A stretch of DNA of 64,000 nt from a virus. A model generated the notes under the pieces. It searched no databases. It saw only the letters and a program-made list of their open reading frames with translations, and was not told the origin of the DNA. Below, one piece after another: positions 9,404 through 19,820 of this stretch. The translations under genes and the position numbers were made by a program. Position 1 is the stretch's first letter. Every line of letters starts with the position of its first letter. Location of the stretch: positions 53,742-117,741 of the IMG/VR virus record IMGVR_UViG_3300037225_001468; one strand, written 5' to 3'.

Positions 9404-9727
9404 ATGACCATATTTACTGAAGGAAAAGAAGTGTCAGAACCTAAAGTGGGAGAGTATTTAATTGAAGCAGAGCATAGACATTGTAATAGTATATGTGTTC
9501 AGGTTACGGAAGTAAATGGAAAAAACTTTAAGGGCAAATTGCTTGATATTTATGATCCTCATTTTGAACAATACGTGACAATAGGAAAAACCTATAGCTT
9601 TAATAGGTGGAAAGATGGAGATAATATTTGGCATGTTCCAGATAAAGAACTAAATAGGGGTTGTGGTCCGTCTCAGCTTTTATTATATTCATGGCCAGAA
9701 GGCTATTCTTTTGATTTGGATTGTTGA
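9404..9727 (+). CDS. hypothetical protein
   Basis: Start reassigned to ATG 9404 after AAGGA. Confidence 0.55.
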   Translation: MTIFTEGKEVSEPKVGEYLIEAEHRHCNSICVQVTEVNGKNFKGKLLDIYDPHFEQYVTIGKTYSFNRWKDGDNIWHVPDKELNRGCGPSQLLLYSWPEGYSFDLDC

Positions 9728-10020
9728 GAATACATTTTATGGATAAGATCTCTGATTGCGTAATAGCGTGGTATGTTTCTTCTGAGAGGTTTCGTTTTTC
9801 TTATAGTAAAGATGAGTGGACAGAATTAGTATATAATATGTTAGTGGAGAATAAAACTATTCAAGAACTTTGGGATTGTCTTAAACTGGAGGCCAAGGCT
9901 ACGCAGAAAGATTTAGATGAGATAGATATAAATAATAATCCTAAAGATTTGTTTGTAAAAGCATATGGTTTATCACTTGATGTTTATCTTAAAGAAGGAA
10001 TATCTCTATGTCACAAATAA
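9721..10020 (+). CDS. hypothetical protein
   Basis: ORF overlapping both neighbours in operon style. Confidence 0.5.
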   Translation: MLRIHFMDKISDCVIAWYVSSERFRFSYSKDEWTELVYNMLVENKTIQELWDCLKLEAKATQKDLDEIDINNNPKDLFVKAYGLSLDVYLKEGISLCHK

Positions 10021-10259
10021 CTGGATTATATCGAGATATTGTTAGTGGTAAAAGTTATTTTGTTTTTGCTACGGCAAGACATACAGAAACAGGTGAAGAT
10101 TTGGTTGCATACAAGGACGAATATGAACAATATTATGTTCAACCTAAAAAAATATTTAATGAAGATATTTGCTATAATGGAAAGTGGAGTAAAAGATTTG
10201 AATTATTTAAGATAGTCAGAGAAGGACATATTTCTTTCAAAGATATGATGGCTGATTAA
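10008..10259 (+). CDS. DUF1653-like protein
   Basis: GLYRD..GKSY.V...ARHTETGEDLVAY...YVQP..IF...RFE pattern. Confidence 0.7.
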   Translation: MSQITGLYRDIVSGKSYFVFATARHTETGEDLVAYKDEYEQYYVQPKKIFNEDICYNGKWSKRFELFKIVREGHISFKDMMAD

Positions 10260-10277
10260 AGAGAAAAGGAGATAAAA

Positions 10278-10670
10278 ATGGAAACATTTAGGAAACTTAT
10301 TGAAGATGATGAACTGCCTAGAGGTTATTTGCACGGTTATTATTGTGATGTTATGGCAGAAGCAGTTGCTCGTGGCTATAAGCTGATAAGTGAAAAAGAG
10401 TATTGGGCTGAAGATACCAAGCGGTGCGAAAAAGAAAATAGAGAAAATCCCATAACGGCTAATGAAAACATAAAAATAAGTGAATATATTACTATAAATA
10501 TATTTAGAAGGAAAAATGATATAGAACCAAGAGTTTATTTAGAAGATAAGGATCCTCATGCTGGTGGTCCATCTGACAGTACTCTTGCTTCAGCAAAGGC
10601 ATATATTAGTCTTTTTGGATATAAGGATATGATATCTAAAGTAGATGATGCGTATAATAGAGCAAAATAA
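10278..10670 (+). CDS. hypothetical protein
   Basis: 130-aa ORF, AAGGAG RBS. Confidence 0.65.
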   Translation: METFRKLIEDDELPRGYLHGYYCDVMAEAVARGYKLISEKEYWAEDTKRCEKENRENPITANENIKISEYITINIFRRKNDIEPRVYLEDKDPHAGGPSDSTLASAKAYISLFGYKDMISKVDDAYNRAK

Positions 10671-10672
10671 AA

Positions 10673-11620
10673 ATGAATAATATATGTCAGCTTTGTCCTC
10701 ATAAATGTTCTTTATCTGTTGGAGAATATGGAAAGTGCAAAGTTAGAAAGTTTGATGGAAATAATTTTGTTTTAGATTATTATGGCAAAATAACTACAAT
10801 AGCAGTTGAGCCAATTGAAAAGAAACCAATTTATCATTTTAAGCCAAATTCTAAAGTTTTGTCTGTTGGAGGTTTCTCTTGTAATATGTCTTGTGATTTT
10901 TGTCAAAATTATTTAATTTCTCAAGCAAATAAAATAAATAAATATAAAACTTTAATGCCAGATGATGTTATTTCTTTAGCAAAAGAAAAAGAATGTTCTG
11001 GTATTTGCGTTACTTTTAACGAACCTACGATTTATTATGAGTATTTATTTGATTTAGCAAAAGAGGCACACAATAATGGTTTATTTTTCATTATTAAAAC
11101 TAATGGCTACTTGTGTGAAGACCCTTGGTTTAGCCTTCTTTCTGTTGTAGATGCTGTTAATATTGATTATAAGGGAAATGAATGGTATTATGAGAAGGTG
11201 GCAGGTATAAGTTCTAATACTTATCCAACTATATTAGATAATATAAAAAAAGCATTAACACAGACACATGTTGAGATAAGTATTCCTATTCATTATGATT
11301 ATAAACTGGAAGATTATAATGATGTTTTTAATATTTTAGAAGAAAAGAAAGAAACTCCTATTCATTTATTAAAGATTTTTTCTGTTAATAAGAATTTTGA
11401 TCCAATTGTTCAAGATGATGTTATTTTTGATATGAGAAATGAGTTATTAAAAACATTTCCTTTTGTTTATGTGCAAAATATTTTTTCGCAAAAAGGAAAA
11501 GATGCCAGAAAAACCTATGATCCTATTACTAAAGAGGTTTTAATAAATAGAGAAGCATTAAAATCGGAGATTTTGGTAGGAGAAGACGATAATAATATAG
11601 AGAAATACTTCACAATGTGA
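10673..11620 (+). CDS. AmmeMemoRadiSam-type radical SAM enzyme (PFL-activase-like)
   Basis: CQLCPHKC..G.CKVR, EPIEKKPIYHF, CNMSCDFCQN, TFNEP, TNGY. Confidence 0.85.
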   Translation: MNNICQLCPHKCSLSVGEYGKCKVRKFDGNNFVLDYYGKITTIAVEPIEKKPIYHFKPNSKVLSVGGFSCNMSCDFCQNYLISQANKINKYKTLMPDDVISLAKEKECSGICVTFNEPTIYYEYLFDLAKEAHNNGLFFIIKTNGYLCEDPWFSLLSVVDAVNIDYKGNEWYYEKVAGISSNTYPTILDNIKKALTQTHVEISIPIHYDYKLEDYNDVFNILEEKKETPIHLLKIFSVNKNFDPIVQDDVIFDMRNELLKTFPFVYVQNIFSQKGKDARKTYDPITKEVLINREALKSEILVGEDDNNIEKYFTM

Positions 11621-11628
11621 GTTTGAAT

Positions 11629-12285
11629 ATGATATCTTTAGAGTTTTGCACAACTGCTACTTTTCGTCCTGAAATAATAGATCGAACATATAAGTCTTTT
11701 ACTGATAATCTTTTAGGAATAGATTTTAAGATATCTACACTATATTTAAATGTAGATCCTATTCCAGTAGGAAACACTAAAGAAGTTATAGATGTTGCTA
11801 AAAAGTATTTTGGAAATGTTGTTTATAATATTCCAGAAGAACCTAATTTTACAAAGGCAATAAAATGGTGCTGGTCTCAAGTAAAAAATGAATATTTTTT
11901 TAATTTAGAAGATGATTGGGAACTTTTGACTAGAGTAAAAATAGATGATTTAATTTTTAAGTTAAACAGAGACAAACAGTGTATTGCTATAAACTTGAGA
12001 GCGTATTCTCATATAAGAGATGGAAGAGTTTGTTTATCTCCTGGTTTATTTCTTTCTTCTTGGGGAAAAAAGTTTGCTTCTGCTCTTGATCCAAGGTTTA
12101 ATCCTGAAAAACAAATTAGATATGGATCAGGAGTAGAAATACAATTTTTACTTAAAAGTATTTCTAAACAACATCCAACTAATACCGATGTATTTATTAG
12201 AGATATAGGTAGAGACTGGTTAAATAATAGACAAGACTATGGTAGAGGTGCGGGAAATTCTTTTACTACTTGGACTAAAAAATGA
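11629..12285 (+). CDS. putative GT-A glycosyltransferase
   Basis: TATFRP, LNVDP, FFNLEDDW, DIGRDW. Confidence 0.65.
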   Translation: MISLEFCTTATFRPEIIDRTYKSFTDNLLGIDFKISTLYLNVDPIPVGNTKEVIDVAKKYFGNVVYNIPEEPNFTKAIKWCWSQVKNEYFFNLEDDWELLTRVKIDDLIFKLNRDKQCIAINLRAYSHIRDGRVCLSPGLFLSSWGKKFASALDPRFNPEKQIRYGSGVEIQFLLKSISKQHPTNTDVFIRDIGRDWLNNRQDYGRGAGNSFTTWTKK

Positions 12286-12821
12286 TTTTTTCAATTTTAA
12301 TATGCTCTTTAGAAAAAAGAGCAAATTCATTAAAGAGATTGATGGATGTATTAATTCCTCAATTAAATGATGAAGTAGAAGTTTTGGTTGAGATAGATAA
12401 TGGACAAAAAACAATTGGAAAAAAAAGAAATAATTTACTAGAAAAATCAATTGGAACTTTTTTGGCATACATAGACGATGATGATGTTCCATCTGTTGAT
12501 TACGTCTCAAAAATATTAAATGCTCTAAAAGAAGAACCTGATTGTTGTGGAATAGAGGGGATAATAACTACTAACGGAATAAATCCTAAAAAATTTATCC
12601 ATTCTATAAAATATACAACGTGGTTTCAGAAAGATAATATATATTATCGTTGTCCTAATCATATCAATCCAATAAGAAGAGATTTGGCTATACAAATAAA
12701 ATTTCCCGAAATAAACAAAAGTGAAGATAGGGGGTTTTCTTTAGGAATATTACATTTATTAAAAAAAGAAGTTTATATTAGTGGACCAATATATAATTAT
12801 TTATATATAACAAGAAAGTGA
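12282..12821 (+). CDS. glycosyltransferase family 2
   Basis: SILICS, IGKKRN, YIDDDD, SED motifs. Confidence 0.8.
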   Translation: MIFSILICSLEKRANSLKRLMDVLIPQLNDEVEVLVEIDNGQKTIGKKRNNLLEKSIGTFLAYIDDDDVPSVDYVSKILNALKEEPDCCGIEGIITTNGINPKKFIHSIKYTTWFQKDNIYYRCPNHINPIRRDLAIQIKFPEINKSEDRGFSLGILHLLKKEVYISGPIYNYLYITRK

Positions 12822-12828
12822 TAAAGAT

Positions 12829-13731
12829 ATAGAAAATAAAAATGTTATATCTTGTGTTCTTTTTGGAAACGACGATAGATATTGGAGTTGTTTACCATTA
12901 GTTATTTTAACTAATTATTTTTTTCATAAAGAGTTTTATTTAAGATTTTTTATACATAAAGAATGTGAAAATAATATTGTTTTTCCTTTTTTAAAAGAAA
13001 TATCAGAAAAATATGATAAAATAGAAATAAAGATTATTGATAAAACTTATCAAAATACAGAACCAACAACTTGGAGAATGATGCCATTATGGGATAATGA
13101 TATAGAATATCTTTTCTGTCGAGATATTGACTCAATCCCTTGCTCGTTAGAAGCTAGGGCAGTTAGGACATTTATTAACCATAAAGAATTTTATATTAGT
13201 AGTATTAGAAGTCATCCATTACATACTATTTCTTTAATGGCTGGTCTTTGTGGATTTTATGTTCCTAAAATAAAAAATATTTTACCATCTAATTTTGATG
13301 ATTATATTAGTTTTGGTAAAAAAAATTGTCCATATTGTTCTGATTGGAGATGGGGATGTGATCAGGAACTTTTAGATAGATTTTTTGTTAAAACAAGAGA
13401 TAATAATTTTATAAAACACATTTTAGATATTCCTGTTCAAAACAGTATTGGAGAAGTAAAAAGTATGAGAAGCATTGGTTCTTCTATTTTGCCAAAAAAT
13501 ATTTATAACACTTGTGATTTATCTAATATAAATGAAAAAGTTTTATATTTATGTGATAGTAATTATGGAAAGTTTGTAGGAATGCCATTAGAAGAATCCT
13601 GGGGATATAAAAAGGAAAACAAGATATATTTGTTAAATGAAATATTATCTATTAATGCCGATATAACTAATATGATGAAAGAGTTTTTTGATAAATATAA
13701 AAATATTAAAGAATATTTTGGAGTGATATAA
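12829..13731 (+). CDS. putative glycosyltransferase-like protein (RDxDS family), probably starting at a non-canonical ATA
   Basis: Frame open from 12811 (ENKNVISCVLFG...TWRMMPL..CRDIDS..MAGLCG..DQELL); no ATG/GTG/TTG before 13078. Confidence 0.65.
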   Translation: MENKNVISCVLFGNDDRYWSCLPLVILTNYFFHKEFYLRFFIHKECENNIVFPFLKEISEKYDKIEIKIIDKTYQNTEPTTWRMMPLWDNDIEYLFCRDIDSIPCSLEARAVRTFINHKEFYISSIRSHPLHTISLMAGLCGFYVPKIKNILPSNFDDYISFGKKNCPYCSDWRWGCDQELLDRFFVKTRDNNFIKHILDIPVQNSIGEVKSMRSIGSSILPKNIYNTCDLSNINEKVLYLCDSNYGKFVGMPLEESWGYKKENKIYLLNEILSINADITNMMKEFFDKYKNIKEYFGVI

Positions 13732-13735
13732 TTAT

Positions 13736-14347
13736 ATGGAACTTGACTTTGACATAGTAGTGGTGGCTAATCATCATAGGAAGGCTTTGATTTTAGATCA
13801 TTTAAAAGATATTCCACATCAGGTAAGTTATACTCCTGATTATGAATTTAGTAAAAGTTTTAAACCTCAATATGATCAATGGGTAAAAAGTTTTACAGGA
13901 CATCAAGGGGCTTTTAGATGTTTACATGGGCACCAGGATGCCCTTAAACTTTCTAAAAAAAATAGAGTTTTAGTTATTGAAGATGATGCTATTCCTAATA
14001 GAAGTGATTGGATAAATGTGATTATAGACATTTTGCCATTTATGACACAATATGACATTATATCTTTACACGGAAGAAATATAGATATAAGAGAATGTAG
14101 TAGGCTTTTACATTTAGATAAATCTATTTTATATGGATATACTAATAAAAAATTTAATTATGTTTTAGGTTCTTTGTGCTATATGATAGATCGTAGAGTG
14201 ATATCTAGAATAATGGATTATTCTTATGTTGGTCTTCCTATGGATTTATTTATTGCTAATAATTTTAGTTTTGCACTTGTTGATCCGAGTCCGTTTTTAC
14301 ATGATCGTTCACAAGGAAGTTTAATAGATATTGGAGTGACATCATAA
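13736..14347 (+). CDS. GT25-like glycosyltransferase
   Basis: GAFRCLHGH, LVIEDDA, CYMI, PMD motifs. Confidence 0.7.
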   Translation: MELDFDIVVVANHHRKALILDHLKDIPHQVSYTPDYEFSKSFKPQYDQWVKSFTGHQGAFRCLHGHQDALKLSKKNRVLVIEDDAIPNRSDWINVIIDILPFMTQYDIISLHGRNIDIRECSRLLHLDKSILYGYTNKKFNYVLGSLCYMIDRRVISRIMDYSYVGLPMDLFIANNFSFALVDPSPFLHDRSQGSLIDIGVTS

Positions 14348-15105
14348 TGTCAATAGTGCAGTTTTCAATGTTGGGAAAGTTTGGTAGGTTTGGAAATTCA
14401 CTTTTTCAGTATGTATTTGCTAGAAGTTATGCTGAAAGCATTGGAGCAGAATTGGAGATCCCTCAAGATTGGGTTGGAAGAAGAATATTTAAGGATATTA
14501 ATGAAAGATCTATTAGTCGTTCTTTGCCTAAAACTGAATTAGACAAGATACCAGGCAGACGATGTGATATAGATTTGTTTGGATATTTTCAATATATAGA
14601 GGCATTTAAATTTTTATCTCTTAATAAAATAAAAGCCTGGTTAAAATTTCAAGATCGGTGGGAAAATCTTTTTTTATCATCAGAAAAATATATTGCTGCT
14701 CATCTTCGTAGAGGAGATTATGTATCAACTTTTTCTAATATATTCTGTATTGTTTCTGATATGTCTTATAAGAATGCTTGTCATAAGTTTTCATTAAACT
14801 ATAATGAAATAGTTTGGGTATCGGACGAACGTTCTCGATATAATGAAATGGCATCGGCAGAAGGAATTGATTTTTTGCCGGACTTTTTTATATTAAAGAA
14901 TTCTACTCATTTGCTTAGATCTAATTCTACTTTTAGCTGGTGGGCTGGAACTTTAGGTAATGCTAAAATATATAGTCCTCTTGTTGAAGACAAAGTGGGA
15001 CATTGTGATGTAGATTTTGTAGAAGGAAATTGGCCTCGTTTAATTGATAAAAAAAACAATCATCCTAAACACGGAGAACCTGGAGATTTTCATATACCAG
15101 AATGA
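14347..15105 (+). CDS. GT11 alpha-1,2-fucosyltransferase-like
   Basis: GRFGNSLFQY, GYFQ, HLRRGDY, SNSTFSWWA. Confidence 0.85.
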   Translation: MSIVQFSMLGKFGRFGNSLFQYVFARSYAESIGAELEIPQDWVGRRIFKDINERSISRSLPKTELDKIPGRRCDIDLFGYFQYIEAFKFLSLNKIKAWLKFQDRWENLFLSSEKYIAAHLRRGDYVSTFSNIFCIVSDMSYKNACHKFSLNYNEIVWVSDERSRYNEMASAEGIDFLPDFFILKNSTHLLRSNSTFSWWAGTLGNAKIYSPLVEDKVGHCDVDFVEGNWPRLIDKKNNHPKHGEPGDFHIPE

Positions 15106-16034
15106 TTTTTTTAGGTAAAAATAATTTTGCGCAAACAAAAAAAGTAGCTGTCATCTCTACGGATAGTAATGATATGTATTTCTTTTTTATGCCGATTACT
15201 TCATACCTGTGGACACAAATGGGTTATCAGCCATTTTGTTTTGTTGTAGGAGATAATAATTCGTTGTTACATAAAATGGTTATAGAAGAGACTGTGAAAA
15301 TGGGTGGACAGATAGGTATGTTAACTAATGACATGATGAACGCTCATGGTATTCTTAGGGGATATAATGCGTCATTAATATCTCAAATATCTAGGTTATG
15401 TATTTGTTCTTTGAGGGAATATGAAGATGATACAACTTTTATAGTTGGTGACATAGATATGTTTCCTCTTAATAAGACATATTTTAATACTTATAATCAA
15501 AATAGCGTATTTACTATTTTTCACGGAAATGCTTATGATCATACTAGATATCCAATGTGTTACTTGTGTGGTAAAAAAAATATTTGGCGAGATATCATGG
15601 GTATAGACCAGACATCTATATATGGTTGTTTGAAATTTAATATATTAAGTTATTTGAGAATGAGATCTGATACATCAACTCAAAGGAACTTTGATGAGAT
15701 TTTTTTCTTTAAAAGAATAAAACATTGGAATAAATATGGACTAGTAGAGTTTCTTAATAGGAATATAATAGTAAATCCTGGTTTTAATAATTTGCCATCA
15801 GAGATTGGTTTAGTGCCAAATTTTTCCCCCTCTGATAGATTGGAAAGGTCTTATTGGGTTATACCTGATAATATATCTACTTACGTTGATGCTCATTGCC
15901 CTAGACCTGGTTTTAGTGAAGAAAACTGGAATAAAATACTTGCATTGCTTAGTCTATTTGTTAGTAAAGAAATTTTAAATTGGGCAGTAGAATATAAAAA
16001 TAATTTTGTTAATTTGTTAAATAGAGGATTGTAG
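15102..16034 (+). CDS. putative glycosyltransferase
   Basis: YFFFMP, QISRL, GDIDMFP (DxD), YPMCY, DAH. Confidence 0.55.
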   Translation: MIFLGKNNFAQTKKVAVISTDSNDMYFFFMPITSYLWTQMGYQPFCFVVGDNNSLLHKMVIEETVKMGGQIGMLTNDMMNAHGILRGYNASLISQISRLCICSLREYEDDTTFIVGDIDMFPLNKTYFNTYNQNSVFTIFHGNAYDHTRYPMCYLCGKKNIWRDIMGIDQTSIYGCLKFNILSYLRMRSDTSTQRNFDEIFFFKRIKHWNKYGLVEFLNRNIIVNPGFNNLPSEIGLVPNFSPSDRLERSYWVIPDNISTYVDAHCPRPGFSEENWNKILALLSLFVSKEILNWAVEYKNNFVNLLNRGL

Positions 16035-16035
16035 T

Positions 16036-16866
16036 ATGTTTTATCCAGATTTATATTTTCACGATGGTTGTCCCTGGATGTATCCAGATCATTTATCTTT
16101 ATTAAAAAAAATAGAAATATATTCTAATATGTTGAATGTGAAAGAAAATGATTTACCTAAAGTTCTTTGTCTTGTAGCGGAATCTAGATATATGAGACCT
16201 CACGCAGAAAATCATAATGTTATTATTAATAAAGATAAGTTTAAGTTAATATTGACTCACGATGAAGAAATATTGAGCCAATGTAATAATGCTATTTTTA
16301 TGCCATTTGGAACAACTTGGATCAGTAAAGATGATTGGCATGGAAATATGCTAAAAGAATATGGAGTTTCTTTTTTGTGTGGAAATAAATTATTATTAGA
16401 AGGTCACTATTTAAGACATAGTATTTGGAAAAATCAAAAAGATATTAAAATGCCAAAGTATTTTTTTAATAGTTCTAGTATCCCCATGCCTAATAGTAAT
16501 AATCCTATGCTATCTAGCTGTCCTACTTCTAAAATTGAATTAATGAAATGTCAATTTCATATTGCTATTGAAAACTGTCAGATTAATAATTATTTTACGG
16601 AAAAGATTATTGATTGTTTTATTACAAAAACCATTCCTGTATATCGAGGATGTCCTAATATAAAAGATTTTTTTAATATAAAAGGTATGTTTTTATTTCA
16701 GGATGAAAATGATTTACTAGATATATTAAATAGACAGATTAAAGACACAACATATGAGAGCATGGCAGAGTGTGTAGAAGAAAATTATAATTTATGTAAG
16801 CAGTATTGTGTTTCTATACAAAAGAGGTTAGAAGAGATTATTAATAAAAATATAGATAGATTATGA
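16036..16866 (+). CDS. GT10 (alpha-1,3-fucosyltransferase-like) glycosyltransferase
   Basis: FHIAIEN, YFTEKIIDCF, PVYRGCPNI. Confidence 0.8.
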   Translation: MFYPDLYFHDGCPWMYPDHLSLLKKIEIYSNMLNVKENDLPKVLCLVAESRYMRPHAENHNVIINKDKFKLILTHDEEILSQCNNAIFMPFGTTWISKDDWHGNMLKEYGVSFLCGNKLLLEGHYLRHSIWKNQKDIKMPKYFFNSSSIPMPNSNNPMLSSCPTSKIELMKCQFHIAIENCQINNYFTEKIIDCFITKTIPVYRGCPNIKDFFNIKGMFLFQDENDLLDILNRQIKDTTYESMAECVEENYNLCKQYCVSIQKRLEEIINKNIDRL

Positions 16867-17537
16867 AAATAACTTTTATATGTTATTCTGATGAAAATTA
16901 TTTTACATATCAAAAAAGATTGGTAGACAATATCTCTACAATGGGATTTAGTGATATTGTAGCCTTTAATAGAAACGATTTAATAAAAACAGAATTTTAC
17001 AAAGAAAACCAAAATATATTAGACAAAAAAAGAGGTGGCGGTTACTGGTTATGGAAACCCTTTTTTATATTAGAAACATTAAAGAAACAAAATGATGGAG
17101 ATATTATTTTTTATATGGACTGTGGAGATCTATGTAGTAAAAATATATTAGATCTAATTCAAGTTAAGATACAAAGTAATGATGGATTTTTTGTTATTAG
17201 ATCTAATAACATAAATAAGCAATGGACTAAAAGAGATTGTTTTGTTTTAATGGATTGTGATAATGAGAGATATCATAATGGAACACAGTTAGAAGCAGGA
17301 TGTTGTGGATTTATGAAAAATAAATTTACTATTGAATTTTTACAAGAATGGTTAAAATTTGCTTTAAATGAAAATATTTTAACTGATGTAAAAAATATTT
17401 GTGGTAAAGAAAATTTTCCTGAATTTATAGATCATAGACACGATCAAAGTATATTATCATTATTAACTATAAAATATAATATAAAAAGCATTTATTCAGA
17501 TGATATTTCATCATATATAGGATATAATGTATTATAA
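16863..17537 (+). CDS. putative glycosyltransferase
   Basis: RGGGYWLWKP, YMDCG, HRHDQSILS. Confidence 0.65.
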   Translation: MKITFICYSDENYFTYQKRLVDNISTMGFSDIVAFNRNDLIKTEFYKENQNILDKKRGGGYWLWKPFFILETLKKQNDGDIIFYMDCGDLCSKNILDLIQVKIQSNDGFFVIRSNNINKQWTKRDCFVLMDCDNERYHNGTQLEAGCCGFMKNKFTIEFLQEWLKFALNENILTDVKNICGKENFPEFIDHRHDQSILSLLTIKYNIKSIYSDDISSYIGYNVL

Positions 17538-17539
17538 AA

Positions 17540-18313
17540 ATGTATTCAAAAAATTTATCATTTGTAGTCCAGGGACCAATTATTGATAAAGATAATTGCA
17601 CTATTAGGTGCCTGTCGTCGATAAGAAAGTATTTTCCTCAGTCAGAAATTATTTTATCTACATGGCCTAATTATGATGTAAAAAATATATCTTATGATAA
17701 ACTGGTTGTTTCATATAACGATCCTGGAGATCATTATATGAATTTAAATAGACAGATAATTACCACACAAAGAGGGTTAGAAAAAGCTTCTAATGATACA
17801 TCTATAAAGATACGAACAGATATCATATTTAGTAACGATAATATTTTACAATATTATGGAAAATGGAATATAAAGAATATAATGCCGGTTTTTGATGATA
17901 TTATTATGGTATCTAATATGCAAACTATAGATCCAGAAAATAATGTAGAAATGAAAAGTTGGCACAGATGTTTTAATCCAAGCGACTGGGCTATTATGGG
18001 AGCAACTTCTGATCTGGGATTTTTATTTGATATTCCTCTGATAGATAATAGTGTAGAGTTCACCATTAGTCCTGAACAATATATTTGGTTACACACTATA
18101 CAAAAAAAATATCCAGAAATAAAATTAAAAAACATGACAGAAGTTAATAGTGACTTGATAGAAAAAACTTTGATTTTTTATGCTTGTAATTTAACTATTT
18201 TGAATATATATAGTCAATTTGGAATATATTCAGAAAAATATAAGTATCAAAATGAGTTGGACAATCATTTTATGCAACATCAAAAATGGTTAGATTATAG
18301 AGAAAAACTATGA
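17540..18313 (+). CDS. WavE-family LPS synthesis protein
   Basis: SFVVQGP, EIILSTW, NLNRQI.TT..GL, KIRTD, SDW, PEQY. Confidence 0.8.
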   Translation: MYSKNLSFVVQGPIIDKDNCTIRCLSSIRKYFPQSEIILSTWPNYDVKNISYDKLVVSYNDPGDHYMNLNRQIITTQRGLEKASNDTSIKIRTDIIFSNDNILQYYGKWNIKNIMPVFDDIIMVSNMQTIDPENNVEMKSWHRCFNPSDWAIMGATSDLGFLFDIPLIDNSVEFTISPEQYIWLHTIQKKYPEIKLKNMTEVNSDLIEKTLIFYACNLTILNIYSQFGIYSEKYKYQNELDNHFMQHQKWLDYREKL

Positions 18314-19125
18314 ATATTATATATTTTATTACACATAAAACTTTAACTAAAGAAAACGCAAGAATGTCTTTGTTGTCTTTAAAAAATCAAAATTTTGATT
18401 TTCATTGGAATGCTTTATGTATATATAATTCTCATCAAGAAGATATTAATAATAGTGAGATTAAAAATATTATTGATCAATTTGGATTAAAATATGATCT
18501 CATAGATTTTCTTTCTGAAACAAATACTAAAACTCTCGCACAAGATATTCATCATATATCCTGTCACGCAAAAAAAAATGTTTCTGATAATGATAAAATT
18601 CTTTTATTAAAATCAGATTATTATTTATCTGTAAATTTTAACAAAAGTATCAATTCTATTTTAGATAATAATTTTATTTTTTCTTTACCTATCTATAATG
18701 CTAAAGAGTGGGTATTAAGTGATGATATAATAAAAAAATCTTTAGAAATAGACTTTAAGTATGTAGATAACGAAACATATTATAGAGGATCAGATATTTT
18801 TGAGCCTAAAGAAGAATTCGGATTACATTTAAACATTAAAGATACTGATGATAAAATTAAGTTTGTTTCTCATTGTGTAAAAGGAGATTTTAATTGTCAT
18901 GTTCTTGATGGTTGTGCTATAAAAAACTTAAATATTGAGAAAAATGATATGGAGGCAAGTTGGGGAGGAATGGGAAATTCTATTAATTCTCTTAGAGAAT
19001 TTAGAGTTAAATTTTTGAATAATTTAGATTGTTTTGCTATTCATATGTTTCATGATATTATTTCTAAAAATAGAAAAGAAGTTAGAAAAGATGATAGAAA
19101 AAACTTTTTAGGACAAAGGTATTAA
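18310..19125 (+). CDS. hypothetical (possible GT-A) protein
   Basis: 271-aa ORF in the glycan cluster; KSD and HMFH motifs. Confidence 0.5.
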   Translation: MNIIYFITHKTLTKENARMSLLSLKNQNFDFHWNALCIYNSHQEDINNSEIKNIIDQFGLKYDLIDFLSETNTKTLAQDIHHISCHAKKNVSDNDKILLLKSDYYLSVNFNKSINSILDNNFIFSLPIYNAKEWVLSDDIIKKSLEIDFKYVDNETYYRGSDIFEPKEEFGLHLNIKDTDDKIKFVSHCVKGDFNCHVLDGCAIKNLNIEKNDMEASWGGMGNSINSLREFRVKFLNNLDCFAIHMFHDIISKNRKEVRKDDRKNFLGQRY

Positions 19126-19127
19126 GG

Positions 19128-19820
19128 ATGAAAACAAAAGAAGATTATGCAAATATGCAAAAATTTTGGTATGATAAAAACGTAAAATGGATGGACGATA
19201 CCGGTAATCACAGAGAACATGATAAGAATAATGATTATTGGGAGATATTACTTAAGCCAATGTTTGAAAATCATTTTGATTATGTTCTAGATTTTGGATG
19301 TGGACATGGTAGGAATATATCTAATATTTTAAAGAATAGTAGTTGTTTAAGATGTGATGGAGTGGACATTTCAAGTGAAAATATAAAATATACTGAAAAA
19401 AATTTAAATAAAGAGATTGAAGATAAGAACAGATATAAACTTTATGTTAATAATGGAATAGATATTAAAATAATAGATAATGATAGTTATAATTTTATTG
19501 TTTCAACAATTGTTTTTCAACATATTTGTGTTTATGAAATAAGATATAATTTATTAAAAGATATTTATAGGATTTTAAAACAAGATGGTATATTTTCATT
19601 TCAGATGGGATTCGGTTTTGGACACAAGGCTGCTGCCGATTATTATGATAATATATATGATGCAGAAGGTACAAATTCTTTATATGATGTTAGAGTGGAA
19701 AAATCAGAATATATAGAAAATGATTTAAAAAATATTGGATATAAAAATATATCATATATTATATCAAAATCATATTTAGACAGTCATGAAAATTGGATTT
19801 ATTTTAAGGCTAAAAAATGA
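19128..19820 (+). CDS. class I SAM-dependent methyltransferase
   Basis: LDFGCGHGR, GVDIS, STIVFQHI, LKQDG. Confidence 0.9.
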   Translation: MKTKEDYANMQKFWYDKNVKWMDDTGNHREHDKNNDYWEILLKPMFENHFDYVLDFGCGHGRNISNILKNSSCLRCDGVDISSENIKYTEKNLNKEIEDKNRYKLYVNNGIDIKIIDNDSYNFIVSTIVFQHICVYEIRYNLLKDIYRILKQDGIFSFQMGFGFGHKAAADYYDNIYDAEGTNSLYDVRVEKSEYIENDLKNIGYKNISYIISKSYLDSHENWIYFKAKK

